From: a virus
Taxonomy: Duplodnaviria; Caudoviricetes
Virus record (IMG/VR): IMGVR_UViG_3300025115_000011
Span: 1 to 61,355 of that record
Reading direction: 5' to 3' (one strand)
Length of the DNA: 61,355 bases
Shown here: positions 39,719 through 49,078 of the stretch, piece after piece
Numbering within the stretch: position 1 is the first letter of the stretch
Layout: every line of letters begins with the position of its first letter
Program-made: the position numbers and the translations under genes
The notes under the pieces: generated by a model
Database searches by the model: none
What the model saw: the letters and a program-made list of their open reading frames with translations, nothing else
Told to the model about the DNA's origin: nothing

Positions 39719-39990
39719 TTTACTACAAAATTCGCAGCAAGAAAAATCCAGAAATGTTTCGCCTAGCTGACGGTCGGTGGAACAAGTCGGGCAAAGTGTA
39801 TGACACGCTAGGGAAGCTGCGGACGCTTATTACAACTAAGATGAATTCTTATCACGACCACGAGCGTGCCGAAGTACAGTTTTGGGAGTTTGTTGAGTTC
39901 GAGGTAGTTGAGAAAAACGTTAAGCAACTGCACGAAGTTGTTGATCCCAAAAAGCTCTTTACTTTACTTTCGAAGCAGCAAAGAAGCTAA
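39715..39990 (+). CDS. Hypothetical protein
   Basis: ORF, ATGA overlap. Confidence 0.65.
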   Translation: MIYYKIRSKKNPEMFRLADGRWNKSGKVYDTLGKLRTLITTKMNSYHDHERAEVQFWEFVEFEVVEKNVKQLHEVVDPKKLFTLLSKQQRS

Positions 39991-40144
39991 GTCATTGATT
40001 TATATAGGAATGCAGTAAAACACTATTCTGTTTAAAATCAATGACTTAGCAAAAACGATCCGTTTACAGCAATTTTAGGGGTGTTCCGAAGGTCAAAGCA
40101 CACAGCAAAAAAGCGTTGAAATGTAAGTCATTGATTTATATAGG
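39986..40144. repeat. Cluster of three IHF-consensus sites in inverted and direct arrangement
   Basis: GCTAAGTCATTGATTT (39986) / AAATCAATGACTTAGC (40035) perfect 16-bp IR; TAAGTCATTGATTTATATAGG directly repeated at 39988 and 40124. Confidence 0.8.
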
Positions 40145-40168
40145 CCTGCAGAAAAATGTAGATTTCGG

Positions 40169-40197
40169 TTGACCTAAATGGTAATTTCCGGTATAAT
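40169..40197 (+). promoter_or_regulatory. Early sigma70 promoter
   Basis: TTGACC-17-TATAAT. Confidence 0.8.
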
Positions 40198-40229
40198 AGC
40201 ATCATACGCTAACAACACAGGAGCAACAA

Positions 40230-40634
40230 ATGGCAAACGTTCTTAACGGTCAATTTATTAACTGGTCCGCTATGACGGGTTCGCAGATTCGCGCCAAGGT
40301 TAAGGAACTGCAAGCCCTGGCGAAGCTGCAAGAGAAGGCTCCGGAAAAGGCTGCTGCCAAGATCGCTAAGGCTGCTGCCAAGAATGCGGTGAAGTCTGCT
40401 GCTAAGACGCAGAAGGCGGTTGCCAAGCCGGTGAAGAAGGCTGCTGCTGTTAAGTCCGGTGGTCGCACTTCTACTACGGAAAAGCGTATCCGCGCAATGT
40501 CCTGGATTCCGCAGAACGGTTTGCTTGCTCTGGACAAGCTGGATGCGATCCGCAAGATTATGGCAGAGTTTGATGTTCCGAAGAACTACGCTGCGAACTG
40601 GCTGAAGTTGGCTGCTCCCCAACCCGCTGTTTAA
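40230..40634 (+). CDS. Lys/Ala-rich histone-H1-like basic protein
   Basis: KAAAKIAKAAAKNAVKSAAK...KPVKKAAAVK. Confidence 0.7.
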   Translation: MANVLNGQFINWSAMTGSQIRAKVKELQALAKLQEKAPEKAAAKIAKAAAKNAVKSAAKTQKAVAKPVKKAAAVKSGGRTSTTEKRIRAMSWIPQNGLLALDKLDAIRKIMAEFDVPKNYAANWLKLAAPQPAV

Positions 40635-40644
40635 GGAGAATAGA

Positions 40645-40881
40645 ATGGTATCGTACATTTCTCAAGAAATTGCTCATCGTTGGTCTGGAGATGCATCTTT
40701 GTCTGGCGGCCGCACTTTGCAGTTGGCATACAAATTGCAAAAGAAAGGTTTGGTAACAGTGACCCTTGTATCGCGAATCGCGACTGGGCACAACCGAAGC
40801 AATACTGTTAAGTATGTCTATTCGGTTGTGCCGACTGATAAAGGGCTTGAATATTTTGTTTTTCCTGAGGCTGCTGTTTAA
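40645..40881 (+). CDS. Early hypothetical protein (winged-helix-like)
   Basis: KLQKKGLV...PTDKGLEY. Confidence 0.6.
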   Translation: MVSYISQEIAHRWSGDASLSGGRTLQLAYKLQKKGLVTVTLVSRIATGHNRSNTVKYVYSVVPTDKGLEYFVFPEAAV

Positions 40882-40891
40882 GGAGAATAGA

Positions 40892-41175
40892 ATGAGTGAA
40901 ATTGTAGACCTGCTCAAAGCAAACAGTGAAGGCACGTTGGGCGAAGTAACAGATGAGCAACTGACTGCCTTAGCTACTTATTACTCCGTCCAAATCCGTA
41001 AGTTCGGACCGGACGGCGCAGAAGCCAGCAAGAAACTGTTAAACCTGTTCCGCAATGAATGGCCTAAGGACTTTACAAACGGTTCCAAACCTTTGTGCTA
41101 GACAGCGTTCAACATAACGACAATCCGCAGTGGCGCAAGAACCGTGACTTGATTGAGAAGATGGGAGTGATGTAA
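40892..41175 (+). CDS. Early hypothetical protein with probable frameshift at 41072-41074
   Basis: One extra T gives ...KDFYKRFQTFVLDSVQ...MGVM, ending in a TAATG overlap with the next gene. Confidence 0.55.
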
Positions 41176-41480
41176 TGTCTACGAATTGTGTAGTCCGTTT
41201 TGTCGAGAATGGCGAACCGCTTTGTGCTTTCTATAAACACTACGACGGCAACACGTTTGGTGAGAAGCTCAAAGCGTTCTACAGCGACAAGAAAATGGTC
41301 GGCGGACTCGGACTTGACTCTACTAACCAAGTGAACGGCGTAGGTGATCTTGCAGCTCAAACGATTGCTAACTTTAAGACCAGGCCAGGCGATCTGTATA
41401 TGACTGCTCCCAGTGATGAAGGTGACTACACTTATGATGTGTATGTTAAGGGTGGTAAGATTGTTGTAATGCCGCTGTAA
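41175..41480 (+). CDS. Early hypothetical protein
   Basis: YKHYDG...NGVGDLAAQ motif. Confidence 0.7.
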   Translation: MSTNCVVRFVENGEPLCAFYKHYDGNTFGEKLKAFYSDKKMVGGLGLDSTNQVNGVGDLAAQTIANFKTRPGDLYMTAPSDEGDYTYDVYVKGGKIVVMPL

Positions 41481-41666
41481 GGAGAATATTGTAGCAACGA
41501 AACTTGAAAAACTTAAAGAGAAAATTTCTAAAAAGAAGGAAGAAATGTCCCTTTATCTAAGAAAAGGGAAAAAAGAAAACGGTCCATGCGCTAATCACCT
41601 TTGTGCTGCACAAAGGCAACGGTGTATCACAAACACGAAAAGAGATTTATCTATTCTTGGAATTAG

Positions 41667-41954
41667 ATGATGATTTGTTTAGTTTGTGGTAGACCATTGG
41701 GATCAACTGGTATCTCTAAACATCATATCGTACCGAAATCGCGCGGGGGTAAAGAGGTAATTGAGTTACATAATATATGTCATGAAAAATTGCATCGTAC
41801 CTTTACAAACAAAGAATTAGAAAGTATAATATTTACGGCAGTACTTGAACACGAAGAAATCCAAAAGTTTATAAAGTGGGTGGCAAAAAAACCGATCGAC
41901 TACTATTCCGGTAGCGACGAGAGCAATGTAAGATACAACAAACGAAGGAGATAA
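41667..41954 (+). CDS. Small HNH nuclease
   Basis: CLVC...HHIVPKSRGG...CHEKLH. Confidence 0.8.
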   Translation: MMICLVCGRPLGSTGISKHHIVPKSRGGKEVIELHNICHEKLHRTFTNKELESIIFTAVLEHEEIQKFIKWVAKKPIDYYSGSDESNVRYNKRRR

Positions 41955-41955
41955 C

Positions 41956-42210
41956 ATGATCGATGAGCGTAAAGTAGCAAGGATTACCCCGTTTAGCGCA
42001 GGAGACTGTGTAAAGAATGTTCCTAGTCAGTTCGAGCTAGTTCTAATTGCGTCGAACCGTATGCGGGAACTGCAAAAAGGGGAGCAGCCGTTAGTTAATC
42101 CAGGCGGCGACCATAATATGACTATTGCCTTGCGTGAGATTGCAGCAGGCAAAGTTGGACGTGAATATCTTACTAAAGGAGCAAAGCGCGATGTTCGTAA
42201 AACTGTTTAA
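41956..42210 (+). CDS. rpoZ: RNA polymerase omega subunit homolog
   Basis: FELVLIASNRMREL...IALREIAAGKV. Confidence 0.85.
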   Translation: MIDERKVARITPFSAGDCVKNVPSQFELVLIASNRMRELQKGEQPLVNPGGDHNMTIALREIAAGKVGREYLTKGAKRDVRKTV

Positions 42211-42400
42211 AGAAGTTACTAGTAAAAAGAAGGCTAACGAGGATTGGATCGAAGCCGAAACTGCTCGTCTAAAGGCTGATTTGGAAACAAAGCGAAAAGC
42301 GGCAATCGAACGGATGGGCACTAAGTGGATTTTGCACCCGGATCACATGGTGCAAAAGAAGGACATTGAAGCAAACAGCCTTGGGTTTAAAACGGCTTAA
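42191..42400 (+). CDS. Hypothetical protein
   Basis: ATG at 42191; MGTKWILHP motif. Confidence 0.6.
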   Translation: MFVKLFKEVTSKKKANEDWIEAETARLKADLETKRKAAIERMGTKWILHPDHMVQKKDIEANSLGFKTA

Positions 42401-42409
42401 CTATAAAGG

Positions 42410-42579
42410 GGTGTTTAAAATCAATGACTTACAATCGTTACTGATTTAAACACCTTCTTTAGAATCAATGACTTACAAAATTCCTTTAATTTTAGCCCAG
42501 TTTTGTGCGTATTGATACGCAGAATTGCTGTAAACGACTGTAAATTTTGGTTGACTTTTAATCCAAATTCTGGTATAAT
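42410..42579 (+). promoter_or_regulatory. Two IHF-consensus sites, an inverted repeat and an early promoter
   Basis: AATCAATGACTTA at 42419 and 42463; GGTGTTTAAA/TTTAAACACC IR; TTGACT 42551 - 17 nt - TATAAT. Confidence 0.75.
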
Positions 42580-42615
42580 TTGTTCATAGTAAGTAACTTA
42601 ACAAGGAGAAGCAAA

Positions 42616-42786
42616 ATGGCAAAAAGCACTATGTCCGCAGAACTCGAAGCCCTGGCAACTGAGGCTGTTTTCCACCTCCAGTTCCGCACTGCTCGGGCTG
42701 CTCGAATGATTGCTGCGACCTTGGGCGTCACCGAAGACGAAGCCCGTAAGGCGGTTGCTGCTGTTGCAAAGCCCCGCAAGGGTTAA
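42616..42786 (+). CDS. Small early protein
   Basis: SD AAGGAG, ATG at 42616. Confidence 0.65.
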   Translation: MAKSTMSAELEALATEAVFHLQFRTARAARMIAATLGVTEDEARKAVAAVAKPRKG

Positions 42787-42796
42787 GGAGTAAGTC

Positions 42797-43093
42797 ATGA
42801 AAAAGTCCATCCTCATCCTGATGCTCGCGGCCTTAGCTACCGGCTGTGCAACTACCAAGCGGATGGACTTCAATGACCTTAATTACTACAAGATTGACTG
42901 TGCAAACAAAGAAGCACAGATCCGGTTCCTTGAAGGTCAATTGTCAACTCAGCCTGATCGTATAGCTGCTGGGTTTAACGGTCTCCTTAACGTGCTCAAC
43001 GGAACGTATGCTGAGACCGAGCGTATTAAGAACCGAAGTCACGATGCAGTGGCCCGTTCCTTGCTGTGGGATATTAGGACTTACTGCCCATGA
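42797..43093 (+). CDS. Lipoprotein
   Basis: Lipobox LATG-C. Confidence 0.75.
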   Translation: MKKSILILMLAALATGCATTKRMDFNDLNYYKIDCANKEAQIRFLEGQLSTQPDRIAAGFNGLLNVLNGTYAETERIKNRSHDAVARSLLWDIRTYCP

Positions 43094-43668
43094 AAACCTC
43101 TACTCTAATCATTGCTGCAATGCTGGCAACATCAACGTCAGCTATGTCAGCTGAGTGCTTCTTCCGTTCAACCACAGGAAGCAAGGTTACTGGAACGTTG
43201 AGCCTGGTTAGTGATATTAAGTATTGGATCACTCCTACGCTTAACAAGCAGAAGAAGTGCATTGCTACATTTAAGGCACTTGACGACAAGAAGCAGTGGC
43301 ACAATGGTGTCGGCGAATATACGTTCTCTACATCGGTATCAGACGATGATGGATGCGCTCTTGCAATTGAGCAAGGCAAAGCAGAGCTAATAAATCGAGT
43401 GTACGGAAGCTTAGTTGACAGCACCAGCGAAATGGTGTGCAACGAAACTGAACCCCCGAAAACTCGCCCGGTGCAAATCGGCGAAGAGATTCAAATTTCG
43501 GATGTTAGTATCCACCCGAACAAGCAACCGTTCAAGTATAAGGGCACATTCTGCCAGTGGTTTGTTGAAACGAGCGTGTCCGACAAAGACTTGTATCAGT
43601 GGCAAGGAATTGTTTGCAAAACAGGTCGGCCTGGACTTGATACGTGGACGGTTGTAGATAAGTTCTAA
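43090..43668 (+). CDS. Exported Cys-rich protein
   Basis: Signal peptide; six Cys. Confidence 0.7.
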   Translation: MKTSTLIIAAMLATSTSAMSAECFFRSTTGSKVTGTLSLVSDIKYWITPTLNKQKKCIATFKALDDKKQWHNGVGEYTFSTSVSDDDGCALAIEQGKAELINRVYGSLVDSTSEMVCNETEPPKTRPVQIGEEIQISDVSIHPNKQPFKYKGTFCQWFVETSVSDKDLYQWQGIVCKTGRPGLDTWTVVDKF

Positions 43669-43679
43669 GAAAATAATGG

Positions 43680-43708
43680 TTGACAAGATATTTAAATTAT
43701 CGTATAAT
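43680..43708 (+). promoter_or_regulatory. Consensus sigma70 promoter
   Basis: TTGACA-17-TATAAT. Confidence 0.85.
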
Positions 43709-43742
43709 ACTAACATCGTAAAAAGGTCATAAGGAGACCAAA

Positions 43743-44411
43743 ATGAAAACCAAACTGATTGCTGTTGCTGTTGCTGCTGTTATGATGACTGCCTGCGCTT
43801 CTAATCCGGCGCCCAAGGTTGATCCGGTACAAGCAATGCGAACAGCAGAAGCCAAGGCAGTTCTTGATACTGCCCCGTCCTGGTACATGAATGGTACCCC
43901 GGCCACCGCAGACCATATGTTTACCGCAGGCACGGCTGTTAGCCGAGACCTGTCAATGGCTGTGAAAAAGGCCACAATGGATGCTCAAGCTAAGATTGCA
44001 GAGTACATCCGGGCAGACGTTGATGCTTACACCAAGGTTCACAAGCAAGATGTCAACGGAGCATACAACGAAAATACCGAAGTCCTTGTACGCAAGTTAG
44101 TAAACGAAATCCAACTGTCGCGGGGAACCGTGGTTCAAAAGGTTGCTTACTCTGAAGCCGGCAGTTTCCGTGTGTATGTGCAGATTCGTTACCCAGCTCC
44201 TAATATCGAGCGAGCTGTTGCTGCAACTAACACCTACGACGGCCCGACTGCTCGAGAGCGAAAGCTTGAGGCTGAACTAAACCAACGTAAGGAAGAAGCC
44301 CGTAAGGCGAAAGAAGTTGCACCGGTAGACGTAGGCGGCATTGTAATTAAGGGGATAGAAGCAAGTCCCGAATCTAAGCCTCTTAACTTGGATTCCAAGG
44401 AAGAGAACTAA
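43743..44411 (+). CDS. LPP20-like lipoprotein
   Basis: Lipobox MTA-C; PSWY; A..KA..DA..KIA pattern. Confidence 0.75.
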   Translation: MKTKLIAVAVAAVMMTACASNPAPKVDPVQAMRTAEAKAVLDTAPSWYMNGTPATADHMFTAGTAVSRDLSMAVKKATMDAQAKIAEYIRADVDAYTKVHKQDVNGAYNENTEVLVRKLVNEIQLSRGTVVQKVAYSEAGSFRVYVQIRYPAPNIERAVAATNTYDGPTARERKLEAELNQRKEEARKAKEVAPVDVGGIVIKGIEASPESKPLNLDSKEEN

Positions 44412-44419
44412 ATATTGCA

Positions 44420-44662
44420 ATGCAACAAGAACTTGAACAAGAAATACTACAAATAACCGCAGCTCTCGGAGAATCACAAAAAGAATATGAGGCTCTGCGG
44501 TTACGCTATTCGAACGAATGGAATCTCCGCACTCCCGATGCAAATAACGAGTTCGTGAAACAGTTAGGTGATCTCGCGGCTGAAATGACCCATTACCAAA
44601 AACTGTTTAAAGAGTTATCGATTAAGTATTCTACATTAGTTTTAGGTTCGGTGCCTGAATAA
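44420..44662 (+). CDS. Hypothetical coiled-coil protein
   Basis: 80-aa ORF. Confidence 0.55.
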   Translation: MQQELEQEILQITAALGESQKEYEALRLRYSNEWNLRTPDANNEFVKQLGDLAAEMTHYQKLFKELSIKYSTLVLGSVPE

Positions 44663-44692
44663 AACGTAACTGTAGCAGTCACTAAATACAGT

Positions 44693-45178
44693 GTGACTCT
44701 TACAGCGAAAGAACAACTCCTTGAAATCTTGGCAACCCCGTTACCAAGTAAAACTGTTCAACGCAGATTGTCGTATGTTCCAACTAAAGAATTTACATCT
44801 CATGTATTTGATTTATTAAACGAGTGCGTTTTTGGCGGACATCTAACTCGTCCATGTATTAACTTCCGTTCATTATTGCCAAAGCATTGGGGACTGTGTA
44901 TTGGGTTCGACGAAGATAACTTATACTGCAAACTTCGATTAAATCGGGGCTTTTATTGTGTGCAATGGTTTGTTATAGTATTAGCACATGAAATGGCACA
45001 TCAACATCAATGGGTGGTGCAGGGGCCGCATCGAAGAACACATAAAAAAGAACCATTACTAAGTCATGGTAAGACGTTTTACTTGTACAAAAATAAGTTA
45101 GCAGAAATAGGGATACCACTTAAAGTTTACTATGACGACGTTAAGTGGTTTAAGTATCAACAGATGTTAAAGATTTAG
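44693..45178 (+). CDS. SprT-like metalloprotease
   Basis: LNECVFGG.L, LAHEMAH, SHGKTF. Confidence 0.8.
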   Translation: MTLTAKEQLLEILATPLPSKTVQRRLSYVPTKEFTSHVFDLLNECVFGGHLTRPCINFRSLLPKHWGLCIGFDEDNLYCKLRLNRGFYCVQWFVIVLAHEMAHQHQWVVQGPHRRTHKKEPLLSHGKTFYLYKNKLAEIGIPLKVYYDDVKWFKYQQMLKI

Positions 45179-46017
45179 AGCCTCTTAGCTAACCATCCTT
45201 TTTTATACGGTTTTCCGGTTGTTGCAGTTCCGATTAAATTAGTATATTGGAACCCTTTTTCTTTACAAAATTGTTTTAATTCTCTACTGTATATTTGAAA
45301 TACTTCTCCTTCAGGAGAAGTAATTTCGTATAGTTTTCTTTGTGCTAGATAAAATTTTTCTTTTGCTTCCGGTGTTCGTGTTTTATTTTTTTGTTGAGCG
45401 AGTTTCATATTTGCTTTTGCTTCGTCGGAGTAAGTTTTGCCCTTTCTTTGGGCAGAGTGTCTCTTTACCCTTTCTACGTCGTTCTTCCAAGTTCTTCCGG
45501 TATTTGCTTTGGAAATTTTTTCTCTAACCTCTTTTCTTTTTGCTGGATTTTTATCTCCGGATACCTTTTCGCTAAGTTGTTGGTAATATTCTTCTCCCCT
45601 GTTTTTATGCCAATTTAAAGACATGTTCCTTTTGTGTTCTTCTGTTTTCGGAACCCCAAGCATTGTCTTACTCTGTTTTTCTCGAGCTTCAACTGATCGA
45701 ATTATTCCTTTATTCGACTTTGCTATTTTTCTAACATTAAATCCATTGCCTTCGTCGGCAAAAGGTCGTATGGTGTCTAAATAATGCTGTTCTCTCTCGA
45801 TTAGTGTTTCTTTAGAACAATATTCTAACACCTTCCAGTCGAAATTTTCTAACCCGTGTTTCCTAAGTGCTCGGGAAACAACTTGTTTCACTTTTAATTT
45901 TTCGTTTAATGCATTATTTTTGTGTGCTTGCCATCTTGCTAGGATATCAACTGCACTCCCAATATATGACCGCCCGTCTTCTCTAAGAATTATTTGGTAA
46001 ACACCTGACTTGCACAT
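45175..46017 (-). mobile_element. GIY-YIG homing endonuclease with NUMOD3 repeats
   Basis: SGVYQI...SYIGS...R...EQHYLD...GFN. Confidence 0.88.
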
Positions 46018-46076
46018 TTAATACCCCCTTGTTATAATTATTTATGCAATCCACTCATTTAAAGGACGGAAGAAAA

Positions 46077-46658
46077 ATGACTTTAGTACCGATGATAATC
46101 GAAAAAACACAAAATGGTGAAAGAGCAATGGATGTTTGGTCTCGTTTGCTTAAAGACCGCATTGTTATGCTAACTACAGATGTTAATGAAGTGTCTGCCA
46201 ATCTTGTTATTGCTCAACTTCTATTCCTTGAGTCAGAAGATCCTGATAAGGAAGTGTTCTTTTACATTAACTCCCCTGGTGGAGAAGTAACCGCAGGATT
46301 GGCGATTCTCGACACTATGAATTTTATTAAGTGCGATATTCGAACTATTGTAATGGGGCAGGCCTGTTCAATGGGTAGTTTGCTTGCTAGTTCGGGAACT
46401 AAAGGTAAGAGAATGATTTTACCCAATGCGAGGCATATGATTCACCAGGTGTCATCGGGGGCAAAAGGCACAGCAATCGACATGAAAATTCAGCTCGAAG
46501 AAACACTAAAACTAAATCGATTGTTAACAGAAATATATGTTAAGAATACAGGAAAAACATACGAACAACTCGAAAAAGATATGTCTCGTGATTGTTTTAT
46601 GTCAGCGATCGAATCGGTCGAATATGGCCTAGCCGACAAAGTTATCACAACCAGATAA
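46077..46658 (+). CDS. clpP: ATP-dependent Clp protease proteolytic subunit
   Basis: YINSPGG, ACSMG (Ser), MIHQ (His), RD; likely start at 46077. Confidence 0.95.
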   Translation: MTLVPMIIEKTQNGERAMDVWSRLLKDRIVMLTTDVNEVSANLVIAQLLFLESEDPDKEVFFYINSPGGEVTAGLAILDTMNFIKCDIRTIVMGQACSMGSLLASSGTKGKRMILPNARHMIHQVSSGAKGTAIDMKIQLEETLKLNRLLTEIYVKNTGKTYEQLEKDMSRDCFMSAIESVEYGLADKVITTR

Positions 46659-47285
46659 CTTGCAGTTTGTGCCATGAAATCTAGACAGGATATGTGGAGC
46701 TACAACTTTTCCGCAATGCGGACACGGCTGCTTCGGAGTTAACAACCTAGAAGCAGACATTTTCTGTCTAGTTTCTAAGCTAACTTGGCCGATATTGCCT
46801 TTATTCCACGCTTCTTGTCCTTTTCTTCCGCCAACAAACCCTGACGCAACTGCTCGTTCTTTGGCTTGTACACGTTTTTCATCAGACCATCGTTTACCGT
46901 AATTTGCATTGTTTTCTCCTGAGACGTCGTGGGTAGAGTGCCATTCTTTTTTCGATTTAGCTATTCGAGCCCTTGCGTCTGGCATTAATATTTTTCCAGA
47001 GGTTCCGTCACCTCCGTCTGTTAAGTTAAGCAATATCCCGGTACCCAAATCTTTTCGGCCCCACCATTTAATAAGGCGACGCTCTAAAGCCAGCGCCCCG
47101 ATTTCAGACAACTTTGTCTCGAGTTTTATAATCAATGATTGGTTCTTAGGAACAGAGACGTTATGTTTTTTTAATAGCCTGCTGCCTTTTCCTTTACCGA
47201 TATAGTAAGGAGTTCCTGCTTTTGCTGTTATACTATCTTTACTGCGTAAGTACGCATAGACATAATAAATATTATCGCTGGACAT
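46629..47285 (-). mobile_element. GIY-YIG-family endonuclease with NUMOD3-like and CxxC tail
   Basis: YYVYAYLR...PYYIGKG...E..LI..GRK...LLNLTDGGDG. Confidence 0.85.
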
Positions 47286-47304
47286 ATAAACCTCCTTGGT
47301 TGTC

Positions 47305-47342
47305 TAGTGCTAGTGGATGCGTCAACATCGCGACTAGCACTA
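47305..47342 (-). promoter_or_regulatory. Structured leader hairpin upstream of the endonuclease
   Basis: TAGTGCTAGT/ACTAGCACTA stem with inner GATG/CATC, between a minus-strand TAAATA and an AGGAGG SD. Confidence 0.55.
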
Positions 47343-47351
47343 ATATTTATC

Positions 47352-47378
47352 AAAAGGCAGACTTGTTCTGCCTTTTTT
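47352..47378 (+). terminator. Rho-independent terminator (possibly bidirectional)
   Basis: AAAAGGCAGA-CTTGT-TCTGCCTTTT. Confidence 0.8.
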
Positions 47379-47397
47379 ATTATGCAATAAATACAAG

Positions 47398-48075
47398 ATG
47401 CGTCTTTTTGAACTACAACAAACTGTTAGTAAACCACAAGCTATTGATAATATCATATCAGTTATCCTTAGGGATTGCCAACCGTATCTACAGTTGATAG
47501 GTGGGTTAACTGATCCATCCAGATATTTGCTCAGAGGTATGGTAGAGATACCGTCGAAAGATCAATGGCACAAGTATACACAACCTTACACTACACACCC
47601 AGACCGTAAGTTCAGAGACACAAATGCACGGGTTGGGCAATTAGCAGATGACTGGTTTTTAAAAACAATCGGATGGCGTGCCAGAACTAACAATGCGCTA
47701 TTCTGTGCCGGCTTTGCTAGTGCAACACACGACTATGGTGAGACCTGCGCGATATTTCCAATTGGTAATATTGAGTATCTGTGGAGTGAAAAGGTACTCG
47801 ACTTAACGTTTGATTTACACCAGCTTGTTTATTTTGGCGACGAGGGGACTCCAGATAAACTAAAACCACAACAAGATACTGAATCGTTAGCAAAGAAAGT
47901 TAATGCGTTACTCAGTAAAGGTGCATGGCACTTTAATGAAGGATTCGACTTATACTGGAAAAAGCATAGACGTAAAGAAATGATTATCCGTTGCCAAAAA
48001 TACTACGCTATTCCGCTAGAGAGAAATATGGATAACATTAGTTTTGACGAAGTATTGATGAGAGCAAGTCAATGA
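47398..48075 (+). CDS. ART-like paralog 2 (MRLFELQ)
   Basis: CQPY, LRG, RDT, WF, YG..IFPIG..YLWS, KEMII. Confidence 0.6.
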   Translation: MRLFELQQTVSKPQAIDNIISVILRDCQPYLQLIGGLTDPSRYLLRGMVEIPSKDQWHKYTQPYTTHPDRKFRDTNARVGQLADDWFLKTIGWRARTNNALFCAGFASATHDYGETCAIFPIGNIEYLWSEKVLDLTFDLHQLVYFGDEGTPDKLKPQQDTESLAKKVNALLSKGAWHFNEGFDLYWKKHRRKEMIIRCQKYYAIPLERNMDNISFDEVLMRASQ

Positions 48076-48467
48076 GAGCAACTGAATTTTTAACCGAATC
48101 TATCATTAAAACTAATAAAGGGTGGCAGCATTCCGGGTTTGGATATAAAAATAATCCAGTTTATCCATTGCCTCGGTGGAGTGTATTTAATAGTGGGTCA
48201 AGGAATAAAGAAGGGTCGTGGGAGGATATATTACACTACTTTCGATTCTTAGACGACAATTATGCAACTGCAATGCTTGATATAACAGGTGATGAGATAG
48301 CAACTGTTTTGTGTTTGCAAGGACACACTGACAAAAAACAAGAATTAGAAAAAATGAAAATTGAACTTAAACTTAAGAACTCTAATTTTCAAACATGGTC
48401 TGAAGTCTTTAACAAGTTCAAAGAAAATAGTAAAAAAGAACGAGCAACTAGATTGGGCGGAATATGA
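48072..48467 (+). CDS. Tagged hypothetical protein (MRATEFLTE)
   Basis: ORF with tag. Confidence 0.7.
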   Translation: MRATEFLTESIIKTNKGWQHSGFGYKNNPVYPLPRWSVFNSGSRNKEGSWEDILHYFRFLDDNYATAMLDITGDEIATVLCLQGHTDKKQELEKMKIELKLKNSNFQTWSEVFNKFKENSKKERATRLGGI

Positions 48468-49078
48468 GAGCAACTGAATTTTTAAGAGAAGACATCGAAG
48501 ACCAGCAAAAAGTTTGGTCAATGATACAACAAAATTGCCAACCGTTCATAAATGAGATCGGCGGGGTTGAGAAATTATTTTCTTTGCCTATATATCGAGG
48601 AAGTTTTGATTCTCAAAACAACACTAGCATAAGAGAAATTCCAGTATTGCCAAATCGTAAACCACGAAATACACAGGCAGAGTGGCACAAAGCTGCCGAC
48701 GAATGGTTTGCATCTACTACTGGTGTCCTTTTCCGCAGTCACGCAATTTTTGCAGATGGAAACAAGGAAGTAGGCGATAGTTACGGCCGTGGATACAGTG
48801 AAATAGTTATCCCAATCAGACAATTTAACTATTGCTGGTCTGATATTATCCGTGATATGACTCTCACATTAGAACGCACACCTCGTGAAGACGATGAAAG
48901 TGAAGGTGATTTTGTGTGGAATATCTTAGACGAAGGTGGTTACAGGTTTAATAGTGGTTTGGCTGACGCTGCACAATCTGAATGTGAAATTATGATCAAC
49001 TGTGAAAAAGTATATCTCATTAATCCGGGCTTCTTCTATATGATAAAAAACAGATTGCAGGACGGGTCAATTAAATGA
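48464..49078 (+). CDS. ART-like paralog 3 (MRATEFLRE)
   Basis: CQPF, YRG, RKPRNT, RS..IF, YG, YCWS, CEIMI. Confidence 0.6.
   Translation: MRATEFLREDIEDQQKVWSMIQQNCQPFINEIGGVEKLFSLPIYRGSFDSQNNTSIREIPVLPNRKPRNTQAEWHKAADEWFASTTGVLFRSHAIFADGNKEVGDSYGRGYSEIVIPIRQFNYCWSDIIRDMTLTLERTPREDDESEGDFVWNILDEGGYRFNSGLADAAQSECEIMINCEKVYLINPGFFYMIKNRLQDGSIK

Noticed and set aside
39986-40144. CRISPR mini-array
   Set aside because: Repeats are short, in mixed orientation and irregularly spaced, and match the IHF consensus; no cas operon. The PD-(D/E)XK gene at 9744 is a common stand-alone phage exonuclease.
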